From a virus (lineage: Duplodnaviria > Caudoviricetes): DNA of 64,000 nt. Below the pieces are notes generated by a model. The model had not been told where the DNA came from and did no database searches. It saw only the letters and a program-made list of their open reading frames with translations. The translations under genes were made by a program, and so were the position numbers. Location: IMG/VR virus record IMGVR_UViG_644736339_000001, one strand, 5' to 3'. The stretch's first letter is position 1. Each line of letters starts with the position of its first letter. This document shows positions 1-9,696 of this stretch, piece after piece.

Positions 1-720
1 TCAGGACACTTCTGGAGGTACCTCGGCCGCTTCCCGTTCCTCTTGAGTGAACATCGACAGCGGCGACATGCCACCGCGTATAAGCCGCAGTTCTCGGGCG
101 ATACGATCGCGAGCGTCGTCTCTCCCGTAGGCAATCCAGCCCGTCCACCTGTCAACAGGCGAACGGAAGCGACGAGTAAGCTGAGATGCCCGGCTTTGGC
201 TCGTCTGAGCCTCAAGCTGGATGGCGCGGTGCAGCACTCGATCGCCATGCGGGTTGTCGTGCGGTGAGCTGTCGGATAGCCAGCTGACCGCCTCCTCGCG
301 GGTGACCTGAACGTAGCCGTCGAGGAAATAGCGCTCCGCGTCATCACCTACTCCGCTGCCCTGGGGCGCGCGGGTGGCGATTCGTTGGGCGCGCTGGTTC
401 AGGAGTCCGGCGTAGGTGCGCAGCGTCTCTTCATCAACCGGTTCGGCCACGGGGCGCGGTTCGATCCGGTTGATGGTGCTCCGCGCGATGCCGGTGATGG
501 TTGAGATTGCACTGACCGGCACGTCAGCGGCGATCGCTCCGCGTATTAGCGCGTCGCGCTCAGCGGCGAGCTCGTGGACGCGATAGGCGTACTCATGCAG
601 GGCCTCACGAGCCAGTGCAGCGGTGGGAAACCAGTGGGCGCCGTCCAGATTCGGCTTGGGGAGATCCAAGCTAAAGGGTGCAGCGGCCGTTATGGGCGGC
701 CTATCCGGCGATTCGCTCAT
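1..720 (-). CDS. HTH-containing putative transcriptional regulator
   Basis: RDALIRGAIAADVPVSAISTITGIARSTINRI resembles an actinobacterial HTH; ATG at 720 preferred over the ORF-track start at 741. Confidence 0.55.
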   Translation of the reverse strand: MSESPDRPPITAAAPFSLDLPKPNLDGAHWFPTAALAREALHEYAYRVHELAAERDALIRGAIAADVPVSAISTITGIARSTINRIEPRPVAEPVDEETLRTYAGLLNQRAQRIATRAPQGSGVGDDAERYFLDGYVQVTREEAVSWLSDSSPHDNPHGDRVLHRAIQLEAQTSQSRASQLTRRFRSPVDRWTGWIAYGRDDARDRIARELRLIRGGMSPLSMFTQEEREAAEVPPEVS

Positions 721-819
721 GACTCGCACGCTACAGTACACATGCAGCGTTCGCTACAGTTGGCGTATTGAGATGCGGCCGGGCGTCGACATGTGCGGGC
801 CCTACATTCTTTTACAGCC

Positions 820-848
820 TTGCGCTGTACAGCGATGCGCTGTACTCT
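820..848 (+). promoter_or_regulatory. sigma70/HrdB-type promoter overlapped by a palindromic operator
   Basis: TTGCGC-N17-TACTCT; perfect palindrome CGCTGTACAGCG at 823-834 and direct repeat GCGCTGTAC x2. Confidence 0.55.
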
Positions 849-876
849 GGTGATATCCACCAGGGAGGGCAGCGAA

Positions 877-1230
877 ATGAACGTCACCACCGGCACCATC
901 GTCCAGCTCGACAGCGGCGAGTACGGCATCTCCGGGGACGCCACCGCCCTGGCCGACGCCTACACCAACAGCACGCCGATCGCCCCCACCAACGCGCCCT
1001 ACGCCGCCGACCTGCTCTACCTCGGCAGCACCCGCGAGACCTACGGCGACTACGGCCGCAGCCTGGAGACTCTGGGTCTCGCCTATATCAAGGACGACGG
1101 ACAGGCCGTGTACTACCTCAACACCAACCGCCTCGACCAGGCGCCCGCCCTCGCCGAGGCCTTCGGCCAGTTCGACAACTACGGCTACGACGCCGCCGAC
1201 GACGACTACATCAACCCCCGCTACATGTGA
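877..1230 (+). CDS. hypothetical acidic Tyr-rich protein
   Basis: SD GGGAGGG before ATG 877; strong GC3 codon bias. Confidence 0.75.
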   Translation: MNVTTGTIVQLDSGEYGISGDATALADAYTNSTPIAPTNAPYAADLLYLGSTRETYGDYGRSLETLGLAYIKDDGQAVYYLNTNRLDQAPALAEAFGQFDNYGYDAADDDYINPRYM

Positions 1231-1244
1231 CCTGGGAGCCAGAC

Positions 1245-1883
1245 ATGACCAGCGTGACCATCACCCTGCACATTGACGCCAAGCACGTCTCCGAACGCGG
1301 CGGCGTCTCATGGACCCAGGCACACCCCGTCGCGATCGATCTTGACACGCTCACGCCCCGCGCCCGCGCTCTGGCCGAGGCTGTTGCCCAACTCCCCGGC
1401 AAGCGCAAGGGCGGCGGGGAGATCATGTGCGAGCACCGCACCAAGACCCGCAGGGACATAACCCCGGACGCCGAGTCCTGGCTCCCGCCGGAACGGCTGG
1501 ACGAGCCCGCACGGCAGGCCTGGGCCAGGTGGGACATCTACCGCGCCGACAGCGAAGTGCCGCCAGCCGAGTACCTGGAGATCCAGGCTCGCAAAATCCC
1601 GCCGGAGTGGCGCATCGTCTGCGGCCACGCCATCGGATTGCCTGACCCAGCCCCGGTTGCCTCCTCGCAGTCCGCCGGCGAGGACGACCGCCTCACCCCC
1701 CGGGCCGTCGTGGAGTACCTCGCCACCCGCCACCAGCGGCACATCGGTCCCAGCACGTGGCGGTCCTACGCTGCGCGCGGACAGGCCCCGGCTCCCGTTG
1801 GGCACGTTGGTCGAGAGTCTCTCTGGTCCCCCGTGGATGTGGACGCGTGGGCCACCGGTCAATGGCACGCCGACCGCAGCTGA
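1245..1883 (+). CDS. hypothetical protein with C-terminal AlpA/MerR-like HTH
   Basis: SD GGGAG before ATG 1245; C-terminus LTPRAVVEYLA..IGPSTWRSYAARGQAPAP..LWSPVDVDAW. Confidence 0.7.
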   Translation: MTSVTITLHIDAKHVSERGGVSWTQAHPVAIDLDTLTPRARALAEAVAQLPGKRKGGGEIMCEHRTKTRRDITPDAESWLPPERLDEPARQAWARWDIYRADSEVPPAEYLEIQARKIPPEWRIVCGHAIGLPDPAPVASSQSAGEDDRLTPRAVVEYLATRHQRHIGPSTWRSYAARGQAPAPVGHVGRESLWSPVDVDAWATGQWHADRS

Positions 1884-1901
1884 ACCGCATCCGGGCATAC
1901 G

Positions 1902-1938
1902 AAAACCGCCTCCTCGCCCGTCAAGGCGAGGAGGCGGT
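1902..1938 (-). terminator. intrinsic terminator ending the late/lysis operon, probably bidirectional
   Basis: 14-bp stem ACCGCCTCCTCGCC/GGCGAGGAGGCGGT followed by TTTT on the - strand; lies between convergent genes. Confidence 0.8.
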
Positions 1939-1961
1939 AAGGATGTTCGCGGCAGCGTCGG

Positions 1962-2519
1962 TCACCCAGACGGTGCCGACAGCTTCGGAAGCGCCGGAGT
2001 ACAGCCGAGCGTCGTATACCCGGCCCGGATCGTCGCCACCGCCTTCTCGAACTGCTCCAACTGCCCAGGCGTGCCCGGCGTGCTCGACGTCGGATGCGTT
2101 GTTGCCGTCAGCAGTACCTGGTACAGCGGGCACAGCACCTTGATTCGCGTCTCCTGCTGCTGCTGAGCCGTCACGTAGCTCTGCCGCAGTGATGTCTGTA
2201 GCCGCTGGTTCGTCTGATCTTGCGAATACCACAGGCCAAGGCTGACCAGCGACAGCACAATGTCGAGGAGGACGACAATCCCGAACTTGGCGTTGGCGTA
2301 GCGCCGGTCCCGCCGCTCAGCCGCCACATCCGCGGCAGCCTTGGCCTTGGCCGCATCGATGTCCTCGTTCGCCTTGACGGTGGCGTCGTGCAGCTCAGTC
2401 CGGAGCGCCTTCAACTGCTGCATCACCGCATCGGCACTGCCGGCCACCTGCTCGGCAGCTTGAGTCAGCGTCGCTGTAGCGTCCTGCTCTGGAACGTCCG
2501 GGACCTGCACTTCAGTCAT
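1962..2519 (-). CDS. lysis-cassette membrane protein (coiled coil + 1 TM; holin/spanin-like accessory)
   Basis: TM FGIVVLLDIVLSLVSLGLW; coiled coil; downstream of the endolysin. Confidence 0.65.
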   Translation of the reverse strand: MTEVQVPDVPEQDATATLTQAAEQVAGSADAVMQQLKALRTELHDATVKANEDIDAAKAKAAADVAAERRDRRYANAKFGIVVLLDIVLSLVSLGLWYSQDQTNQRLQTSLRQSYVTAQQQQETRIKVLCPLYQVLLTATTHPTSSTPGTPGQLEQFEKAVATIRAGYTTLGCTPALPKLSAPSG

Positions 2520-2721
2520 TGCACTCCCCGGTTCGTTCCGCTGCCTGCTCCGCCATCTGCCGGATCTGAAGAGCGACGTCCTCCAGGCCGGTCACCAGCG
2601 AGTCAAGATTCGACGACACGCCCACCAGACGTTCCTCCAGTCGCGCCAGCGGTGCCGCGATCCGCTGTTCCGCGATCGCGACCGGGCTTGTTGGGTGGTG
2701 ACGACGGCGACGGAAAGGCAC
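2512..2721 (-). CDS. small coiled-coil protein in lysis cassette
   Basis: Fills the gap between two lysis-region genes and overlaps the next start. Confidence 0.45.
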   Translation of the reverse strand: MPFRRRRHHPTSPVAIAEQRIAAPLARLEERLVGVSSNLDSLVTGLEDVALQIRQMAEQAAERTGECND

Positions 2722-2733
2722 AATCTCGACTCC

Positions 2734-3225
2734 CTAGATCACGCCGCCGTGGCTCTGGCGCCGATGCGTTTCCAGCTCGGCTCTCAGCGTGTCACGTTCG
2801 ATAGTGATTGCGGCCAGTTCGTCCTGTGTCTCGTCCCGCTCCGCGGTCACCTCGGCCAACTGCTCCTCGAGCTGCTGGCGTTCGGCCGCCGAGGAGGTTG
2901 TCAGCGTTTCCATGGCGCTGGTTAAAGACGCCGCCGCGGACTCGAGATCCCCGACCTGCTTCTGCAGTGCCTTAATCCGCTGTTCGGCCTCGGACAGGGC
3001 TTCCTTAACTGGCTCCAGCAGGCTCAGCGCGGTCGCGGTCAGGCCTTGTGCGGTCTGGACGTCGTGCTGGTGCTCGGCTTCGTGAGCGTCGTTGGCATGT
3101 TGTTGTCGCTGCTCTTTGTGCTGGCGGCGAGTCAGGAAGTACGTACCGGCCGCGGCCAGCCCGGACGGGCCGCCGACGCCTACGACGACCGGCCACAGCG
3201 ATGACAGGGCACTGTGGGTCGCCAT
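2734..3225 (-). CDS. holin-like membrane protein (N-terminal TM + coiled coil)
   Basis: LWPVVVGVGGPSGLAAAGTYFL then a long coiled coil; directly after the endolysin; ATG 3225 chosen. Confidence 0.6.
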   Translation of the reverse strand: MATHSALSSLWPVVVGVGGPSGLAAAGTYFLTRRQHKEQRQQHANDAHEAEHQHDVQTAQGLTATALSLLEPVKEALSEAEQRIKALQKQVGDLESAAASLTSAMETLTTSSAAERQQLEEQLAEVTAERDETQDELAAITIERDTLRAELETHRRQSHGGVI

Positions 3226-3295
3226 GTACCCCGTGCCGGTTCTCAGCCGCTGGCCGTGGTTGCGGACGGGTGGGCATGTGACGTATGGATCGTGC

Positions 3296-4324
3296 TCACC
3301 GGTGCACTGCCTCAACGAGGTAGGCGAGCGGCACGTTCGGGTTTCCCCTGCGCGTAACGCTGATCTTCTGCACAGCGGTCGGCAGCGGCCCGCCGAAGGG
3401 GTTCACCCGATCGGCGGCGGCGTCGACCACCACGTCCTCGTAGATGTGCGACCAGCCCTGGCCGTGGGTGAAGATGGCGACCCGGACGGTCGCGGTGCCC
3501 ATGTCGGCACCGAGGCTGAACCAGACGTTGCCCCAGCCGGCCGCACCGTAGTTCGCCGGCGGGGGCAGCACCATCGTCACGGCGTTGGTGCCCGGCGTGA
3601 TTTCTCCAGTGGCGAATGCGGGCATGGTGTCGTCCCTCGGATCGGTGGAAGCGGGCGTCGGGGTCGAAGGCGGTGGCGTGACTGTTGCCGGGGCTGGCGG
3701 TTTCAAGTCCGCGACCAGCTGCGCAGCGGTGCCCTTGTACGCGTTGTAGTCCAGCTGCTGTCCGCCGTCGGACGCCTTGTTGGTGAACTGGTAGATCAGC
3801 GGCGTCATCTCGCCGTAGGGCTTCCAGCCCGCGGCACCGTCGCCCGGGTAGATGGCGGCCGGTCCGCCGGAGCCGCCCGGGTACGCCGAGGAGACCAGCG
3901 ACACCCCGCGGTCGGCCACGCCAGACAGGCTTGGCGAGCCAAGTTGCTGCCAGAACCAGCGCGGCAGATACAGCAGCCGAAGGTTCAGGCCGGCGTCGTG
4001 CGCGGCGTCGATGTAGGCAAGGATCTGCTTCAGCGTCGGTGAGAACTTGCCCGCCGGCTCCGCATCGAGCATGCCCGGCAGCAATACGTCGCCGACGTTC
4101 GCCAGCGTGTGCGCGGCCTGAGCGTGCGCGTCCTCGCCGGACAGGAAGTGGTACCAGGCGAACGGTCGGCGCAGCGCCGCGGCCTGCGCACGCCACGCCT
4201 GGTAGTCGGCGTCGGTGTAGTAGGTACCCTCAGTCGTCTTCGCGAGAACGAACGCGGCGTCCGCCAGGCGCGATAGCACCAGGCCGCTCTGAAAGCTGGA
4301 GATGTCCGGCCCGAAGATGGTCAT
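3296..4324 (-). CDS. endolysin, GH25 muramidase
   Basis: GPDISSFQ, KTTEGTYY, AWYHFL, LDAE, YQFT..LDYN motifs; Pro/Thr linker and C-terminal binding domain. Confidence 0.9.
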   Translation of the reverse strand: MTIFGPDISSFQSGLVLSRLADAAFVLAKTTEGTYYTDADYQAWRAQAAALRRPFAWYHFLSGEDAHAQAAHTLANVGDVLLPGMLDAEPAGKFSPTLKQILAYIDAAHDAGLNLRLLYLPRWFWQQLGSPSLSGVADRGVSLVSSAYPGGSGGPAAIYPGDGAAGWKPYGEMTPLIYQFTNKASDGGQQLDYNAYKGTAAQLVADLKPPAPATVTPPPSTPTPASTDPRDDTMPAFATGEITPGTNAVTMVLPPPANYGAAGWGNVWFSLGADMGTATVRVAIFTHGQGWSHIYEDVVVDAAADRVNPFGGPLPTAVQKISVTRRGNPNVPLAYLVEAVHR

Positions 4325-4617
4325 GAATCACGACTCCTCGCTGCCTGTTCGGCGTGGGCGTCGGCAATATGCTCCGCCGAGATCCGGTCCGGGACTGTGG
4401 GGTGGTGCTTTGCGCACGCTTTGAAGGCGGTCCCGACGACTGGGTGAGTGCCTGGGCGCCAGCAGAAACGCGGGCTGTTGACGTGGCAGGTGTGGCGCTT
4501 GTACAGCGCGGTCGCTCCGCCGACGAGCGTGAACTCACCCAGGCATGATCCGATGCCCGACCAGAAGTTGGCCCAGTAGCCGGGATCAAGTCCGAACACG
4601 TGCGCCAGCAGATTCAC
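4321..4617 (-). CDS. small membrane-associated Cys/His-containing protein
   Basis: Translationally coupled to the PLD and endolysin genes; hydrophobic N-half, CH..CW..CxKHH C-half. Confidence 0.65.
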   Translation of the reverse strand: MNLLAHVFGLDPGYWANFWSGIGSCLGEFTLVGGATALYKRHTCHVNSPRFCWRPGTHPVVGTAFKACAKHHPTVPDRISAEHIADAHAEQAARSRDS

Positions 4618-5156
4618 CGCGCGGCGGACTTCGCGGCCGTCATGAGCATGTGCTGGTGGATCAGGTCCAGCCGAGACCGAGCCTCGGCCGCCACGTGCGG
4701 GTCCCGAATGACGATCGCCGCGTTATCCTGCATGCTCTCACCAGACGTCGACCAGTTCGTCGATCCGGTAAGCACGTCCAGCCCATCCACGATCACCATC
4801 TTCAGATGCATGATCGCGCCCTTCTCGGAGTGGCCGATCGCGATCGAGTTAGACGGGTACGCCTCCTTGGCGAGTAGGGCGCGTTCATGCGCACCACCCG
4901 ATTGAGACTTGTCGAGCGTCAGCTGCACATAGCAGTGCTCGGAATCCAGCTTCTCGTGTAGCGCTGCGGCCAGTTCGTCATCGTCGAACCCGAACATCGC
5001 GACCACCAGGCTGCGTTGCGCTGACGCGATGAGCTCTGCAAGGGCTCCGTGAACGTCGTCTACTGGCGAGTAGAAGGTGCGGAAGTTCACCGGGTAGCCC
5101 GCGGGGAACCCGTCCGTCTTGTGCTTGTCGAGAGCGGTCAGATCAGACAGCGGCAC
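4614..5156 (-). CDS. phospholipase D-superfamily protein, single HKD (Nuc/MitoPLD-like)
   Basis: [16 protein letters not shown] motif; SD GAGGAG before GTG. Confidence 0.88.
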   Translation of the reverse strand: MPLSDLTALDKHKTDGFPAGYPVNFRTFYSPVDDVHGALAELIASAQRSLVVAMFGFDDDELAAALHEKLDSEHCYVQLTLDKSQSGGAHERALLAKEAYPSNSIAIGHSEKGAIMHLKMVIVDGLDVLTGSTNWSTSGESMQDNAAIVIRDPHVAAEARSRLDLIHQHMLMTAAKSAAR

Positions 5157-5165
5157 GGGATCTCC

Positions 5166-6356
5166 TCACAGCTTCGTCACATCGAGCGAGTTCGCCATCA
5201 CCGCGGCGCCGGCCGAGTTCGGGTGCAGGTGGTCGCCCGAGTCGTAGGCGGTCTTGAGGTTCTCGTTGACGGCCGTCGCCGAGTTGAAGTCCGCGACCCC
5301 GTCCGCGCCGGACACGCCGCTGATCACCCACGCGTTGTAGGCGAGCCGCTGCGTCTCGACCGCGGACGTGCACAGCGAATCGCCCTCGCACGGTGTGATC
5401 GTGGACAGCAGGATCCGCAGGCCAGCAGCATGCGCGGACGCCACGAGCGAGGCCTGCGCCTGCTCCAGGACCTGTGCAGTCACCCCGCCGCGCAAGTCGT
5501 TGATCCCGTCGGCGTCGATGACGCTGCGGACTCCAGGCTGGTCGAGCACGTCCTGCTGCCAGCGATGTTGCAGGGAAGGTCCCAAGGAGCCCTTATCTTG
5601 AGTGACCCAGTTTCCGGCGATGCCCTCGTCAATGACCGACAGTCCGGCGGCGCTGACCCGGTCGGCGAGGTAGTTCGGCCAGCGGGTGTCCGTGTCGATG
5701 CCGGTGCCGGTGCCGTCGGTGATGGAGTCGCCCACCGCGACCACCGTGGACGGCGTTGTCGAGGACACGTCGACCCCGTCGAGCATCGTTACGAAACCGA
5801 ACGTGTTGCTGGTCGGGTAGTACTCGGCGGTGGAGACGTCGCCGCCGTTGTGGTTGTACTCGGTCTCGGTGGCGACGTCGTGACGGCTCGTCTGCGCCAA
5901 GGCCGCCCCGGACGCGACGTAGATGCTGACCAGCAACCTCGTGTTCGGTGCGACCGTGAAAGTGACCGGGTCGGACGCCACCTGGCCGCCGGCGGGGATC
6001 GTGACCGCCTGCGCGCCGCCGAAGGTCACCGTCGTCGGGACCGGCTCCAGCGTCGTGCCGCCGTTGAGCTGCGTCCCGACGGTGACGTGCCCGATCTGCG
6101 CCGCCTGTGGGGAGAACGCATCGGACAGGCGGATCCGCAGCGACGTCCCCCCGCCCGACGTCCTGACGACCATCCGCAACGTCTCGTTATCCCACGGGCC
6201 TGACACCGGCGCGTAGGCCGGCGCCGAGCCCCACGATGCCGTCCAGCCGGTGCCGGTGGTGGCAGTGGCAGTAGCCGGTCCGGCCGCCGACGAGACCGGA
6301 AGAACGAGGAGGACCGCAGCAGCCGTAGCCGCAAGGGCGGTGCGAAGCCGAATCAT
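5166..6356 (-). CDS. secreted SGNH/GDSL hydrolase
   Basis: Signal peptide MIRLRTALAATAAAVLLVLP; GDSITDG, GIAGN, GINDL, DHLHPN blocks. Confidence 0.9.
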   Translation of the reverse strand: MIRLRTALAATAAAVLLVLPVSSAAGPATATATTGTGWTASWGSAPAYAPVSGPWDNETLRMVVRTSGGGTSLRIRLSDAFSPQAAQIGHVTVGTQLNGGTTLEPVPTTVTFGGAQAVTIPAGGQVASDPVTFTVAPNTRLLVSIYVASGAALAQTSRHDVATETEYNHNGGDVSTAEYYPTSNTFGFVTMLDGVDVSSTTPSTVVAVGDSITDGTGTGIDTDTRWPNYLADRVSAAGLSVIDEGIAGNWVTQDKGSLGPSLQHRWQQDVLDQPGVRSVIDADGINDLRGGVTAQVLEQAQASLVASAHAAGLRILLSTITPCEGDSLCTSAVETQRLAYNAWVISGVSGADGVADFNSATAVNENLKTAYDSGDHLHPNSAGAAVMANSLDVTKL

Positions 6357-6468
6357 GAATGTACCCAAATGATGTCGAGAAGGGATGTGGCCTCTGCGGT
6401 CCCGCAGAGCCGGATTACCTCCACCACCCACACCGCCTGTAGCAGAATGCTGATAGGGGGTGAGGCTC

Positions 6469-6792
6469 GTGCAGATCGATGCTGCTCTCAACTTTGTTGC
6501 GCTGGTTGCGCCGCTCGTCCTGTCCTACTGCGTTGCGGGCGCTACCCTGCGCGGGCTGCGCGCCTGGAGGCGACACGCGTGGCGCGCACGGCTGGAACAG
6601 CAGCCATTCCACCCGCGGATGCTTCCGACCTTGGGACAGCACACGGCCACCGGGCTCAGCGGACTGACCCCGGACGCCTGGTACGCCAACCTCGCAGACG
6701 ATGCCATCAAGGGCCGGCGCAGGAGAGGGCCAAGCTGGCTGGACTACCTGGAGGAGTTCCATCCAGAAAAGGGGGCATGGCGCGGCCGGTGA
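6469..6792 (+). CDS. small single-TM hypothetical protein (moron-like, opposite strand)
   Basis: SD GGGGGTGAGG before GTG 6469; N-terminal hydrophobic segment. Confidence 0.5.
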   Translation: MQIDAALNFVALVAPLVLSYCVAGATLRGLRAWRRHAWRARLEQQPFHPRMLPTLGQHTATGLSGLTPDAWYANLADDAIKGRRRRGPSWLDYLEEFHPEKGAWRGR

Positions 6793-6827
6793 GGACGGAC
6801 AGGTTGGCGCTCCCCTGTAACGGAAAC

Positions 6828-7382
6828 TCAGCTCATCCCATACACGCTGAAGACCGATCCGGCACTGAAGCTCCCCGAGTTCGGGAACAGCAGGAGGCTC
6901 GTAATGATCGCCGACACGTTGTACTGGCCGCTGAAACGCCCAGACCAGGAGTCCGATACGGTGTTGAAAGCCGCTGAGATGCCCACCGTAGTCGAGAAGC
7001 CGGTGCCGTCGGAAATGCCGTCCACAGTGAAATTCCCGGAGGAGTAGTAATTCGCGGTGGCGTTCGCGCCCATCATCGTGGCGATCTGGATCTGAGTCGT
7101 CAGGCCGCCCGAGCTGGCCGAGGTTGCGGTGCTGTTCTCCGTCTCCGTCTTCTGCCACAGGTAGTGGCTGCCCGAATCGCCGTTCATCTGCAGCCATAAC
7201 TGCTCCGCACCAACCGCAGCCGTACCGCGGGCGCGCCAGAACACCTGGACCCGGTTGAACCCTGAGGAGACGAAAAGTGGCATATTTGCGGTAGTCCCGG
7301 TGAGTACTGTGGAGCTGATCAGCGGGAAGTCGGCGTTTAGCTCGGCAGCGGTGAGGCGCTGCCCAGCGGAGAACGTCGGCAC
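6828..7382 (-). CDS. minor tail / tail fiber protein
   Basis: MPTFSAGQRLTAAELN N-terminus typical of actinophage tail fiber proteins; beta-rich. Confidence 0.7.
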   Translation of the reverse strand: MPTFSAGQRLTAAELNADFPLISSTVLTGTTANMPLFVSSGFNRVQVFWRARGTAAVGAEQLWLQMNGDSGSHYLWQKTETENSTATSASSGGLTTQIQIATMMGANATANYYSSGNFTVDGISDGTGFSTTVGISAAFNTVSDSWSGRFSGQYNVSAIITSLLLFPNSGSFSAGSVFSVYGMS

Positions 7383-7392
7383 GGGGCAACTC

Positions 7393-9675
7393 CTAGAGGC
7401 TCAAGACCATGGGCTGCCACAGCCGGACATCGGTGAACGTGGCCTGGGATTTGACGACACCGTTGACGGATCGGATCACGGTGAATATCTGGTGGTAGGG
7501 CGGCGTGGACGCGACGATATTCGTGACCGTCATGCGCTCCCCGCCAACCGCGATATCGAAAGGGAAATCACCGGCGCTGGTCGTCCACAGCGGCGAGTTG
7601 CCGAACGCGGCGCCGGCTGTGGTGACCACAAGCGTCGTGTCGGTCGGGCCGTAATTCGCCGCCAGGTGAGACCCGTCGGTATCCAGGCGCCCCAGCACCG
7701 AGTCGTCAAGCACCGCAATGCGGTAGGGCGCTTCCGGGCTGCAGTTCAGCGCCATGTCGTGCTCGAACACGCCCAGCGTCTCTGAGTAGCCCTGCAGCAC
7801 CTGCGAGATCGGATCCGGCGGCAACCAACCCGGCAGGTTCAAAACCGCGACACGGTCGCCAATGTCCATGGTGAGCGCTGCGACCAGGAGTGCCGGGTTC
7901 GAAGTGAAGGTGGGATGGCGCAGGTTTAGCGAGATCGACGGATAGCGGGGCTCGTCAACAGTGCCCAGTAGCAGCCGCCAGCCGGCCTGATCAGTGAGTT
8001 GGGCATCGCCGCCGACGGAGATGCTGACGCCGTTCGGGTAGGGCCCGACACCAGACGGCGGCGACTGTGTCGACATGGCCCCGCTGGTCAGCGCCTGCCT
8101 GGCCGAAGATCCATTAATCCGGCTGACGGTGATGTCGTTTCGGGTAAACCGATCGTCGTCCAGCGGGGCCAGCGGTGCCGACAGTTGGTGAGCGGAGACG
8201 TCCAAGGTCAACTGCGGACTCTGGTTGTACAGCGATACACGCTTACGGAGAACCAGTTCGGCTTGGTCACGGGCCTCGAACAGGATGCCGCCATCGGTGT
8301 CCACGACCTGCTGAACGAGGTTGGTAAAAGTGTCCGACAGCTGGTACCCCATGGTCACGGAGTCGTCAAAAACTGAACCGGTAAGCGCTGCTGACGCGCT
8401 CACGCCAGGTTCCTCGAAGTTCAATCGCACAAATCGGTCAGCTGTGGCCTCGCCGATCCAGGCATTCAAGGGCTGCGCCAGGTTGAACAGGCTGTCCCAA
8501 ACGGACTGGTAGGAGACGTGACCGATGGCCGTGTCGTTGATGTGACCATCGGGGTTGATGACGACGCCGTATGCGCTGCCGGTTGCCGACGAAGTCAAGG
8601 TCCCTGATGCGGACAACGCGCCCGACGCGCCAGGGCTCAGGACAGTGGTGGCCCAGGTGATGTTGGCCCCCGAGGTTATCAGCTCCATGGAGACGCGCAG
8701 CAGCTTGCCGTTGACGGCGAAACCGACGTAGCCGGAGGAGAACAACAGGGTTCCGGAAACGCTGTATCCGGAGATTTGCAGCGACCCGTTGCTTGCCGAA
8801 CCGTATTGCAGGTCCAGTCGGGCCACCCGGCCGGAGGTGAACAGGCGTGCAATGACGGCAGTGTCAAAGGCGCCGGTCGCAGGCACGGCAAGCAGGAAGC
8901 GCAGAACGTTGTCGGTGCCATTGAACGGATCTGCCGGGATCGCGCCATTCCAGATGCTGGCCGACAGCAGCGGCAGTGAGTCTGAGCACAGAAACCCGGT
9001 GAAGTTGGAAAGGCTGGGCGGAGCCTGCCCCGACAAGGTCAGGGCTGTGCCCGTCGGCCACGCCAACGCCGACGCCAACGATGTTGCGGTCTGGCCGTCC
9101 TCGCAAGGCCAGTACGCTACCGCGGACGATACGCCAGCGCTGAGAGTGTACGCCCGTCGCATCGCCGAGCCCTCGGGGACATTGCCCTGGTTCAGCCGTC
9201 GCAGGATTCCGGACGCCTGGATCTGCGTGTACACGTCGGACCCGGAAATATCCCAGGTGGTGGGCCACGACGGAACCTCGCCGTAAAACCGGTACCACGG
9301 ATCGTTGGACCCGTTGACCAGACGTGAGACGCGGATCGCGGTGTTGCGCCCCAATACCCCGTAGTAGGGGCCGAGGGGATTCTTCGGGGTGAACCGGCCG
9401 TCGCGATTGTTCAGCGTCAGCGTGCAGGTCTGAGGCTGGGCCCCAGAGGTCTCATCGGGGCGACCCCTGGTAATTCTGATGCGGTCCCGGTAGTACACGT
9501 ATGGGGTGATGTCGGTCCAGTCGTTTCCGGACGGGTCCAACATGATCTCGACGCGGATGCCGATCGGACCGCCGGGGCCGGTGTCGAACGGCTGCCCGGC
9601 CGGGTTCATAGGGCTGGGGGTGTTGCGTCGCCACCGCGGACCCCACGACGATAACTGTGCCGCAATGTTGGTCAC
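7393..9675 (-). CDS. minor tail protein (tail tip/baseplate hub-like)
   Basis: WTDITPYV..ITRGRPDE..LTLNNRDGRF motif; AYWPCED; downstream of the tape measure gene. Confidence 0.8.
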   Translation of the reverse strand: MTNIAAQLSSWGPRWRRNTPSPMNPAGQPFDTGPGGPIGIRVEIMLDPSGNDWTDITPYVYYRDRIRITRGRPDETSGAQPQTCTLTLNNRDGRFTPKNPLGPYYGVLGRNTAIRVSRLVNGSNDPWYRFYGEVPSWPTTWDISGSDVYTQIQASGILRRLNQGNVPEGSAMRRAYTLSAGVSSAVAYWPCEDGQTATSLASALAWPTGTALTLSGQAPPSLSNFTGFLCSDSLPLLSASIWNGAIPADPFNGTDNVLRFLLAVPATGAFDTAVIARLFTSGRVARLDLQYGSASNGSLQISGYSVSGTLLFSSGYVGFAVNGKLLRVSMELITSGANITWATTVLSPGASGALSASGTLTSSATGSAYGVVINPDGHINDTAIGHVSYQSVWDSLFNLAQPLNAWIGEATADRFVRLNFEEPGVSASAALTGSVFDDSVTMGYQLSDTFTNLVQQVVDTDGGILFEARDQAELVLRKRVSLYNQSPQLTLDVSAHQLSAPLAPLDDDRFTRNDITVSRINGSSARQALTSGAMSTQSPPSGVGPYPNGVSISVGGDAQLTDQAGWRLLLGTVDEPRYPSISLNLRHPTFTSNPALLVAALTMDIGDRVAVLNLPGWLPPDPISQVLQGYSETLGVFEHDMALNCSPEAPYRIAVLDDSVLGRLDTDGSHLAANYGPTDTTLVVTTAGAAFGNSPLWTTSAGDFPFDIAVGGERMTVTNIVASTPPYHQIFTVIRSVNGVVKSQATFTDVRLWQPMVLSL

Positions 9676-9696
9676 AGCACCCCCGTTGCGTTTTTG

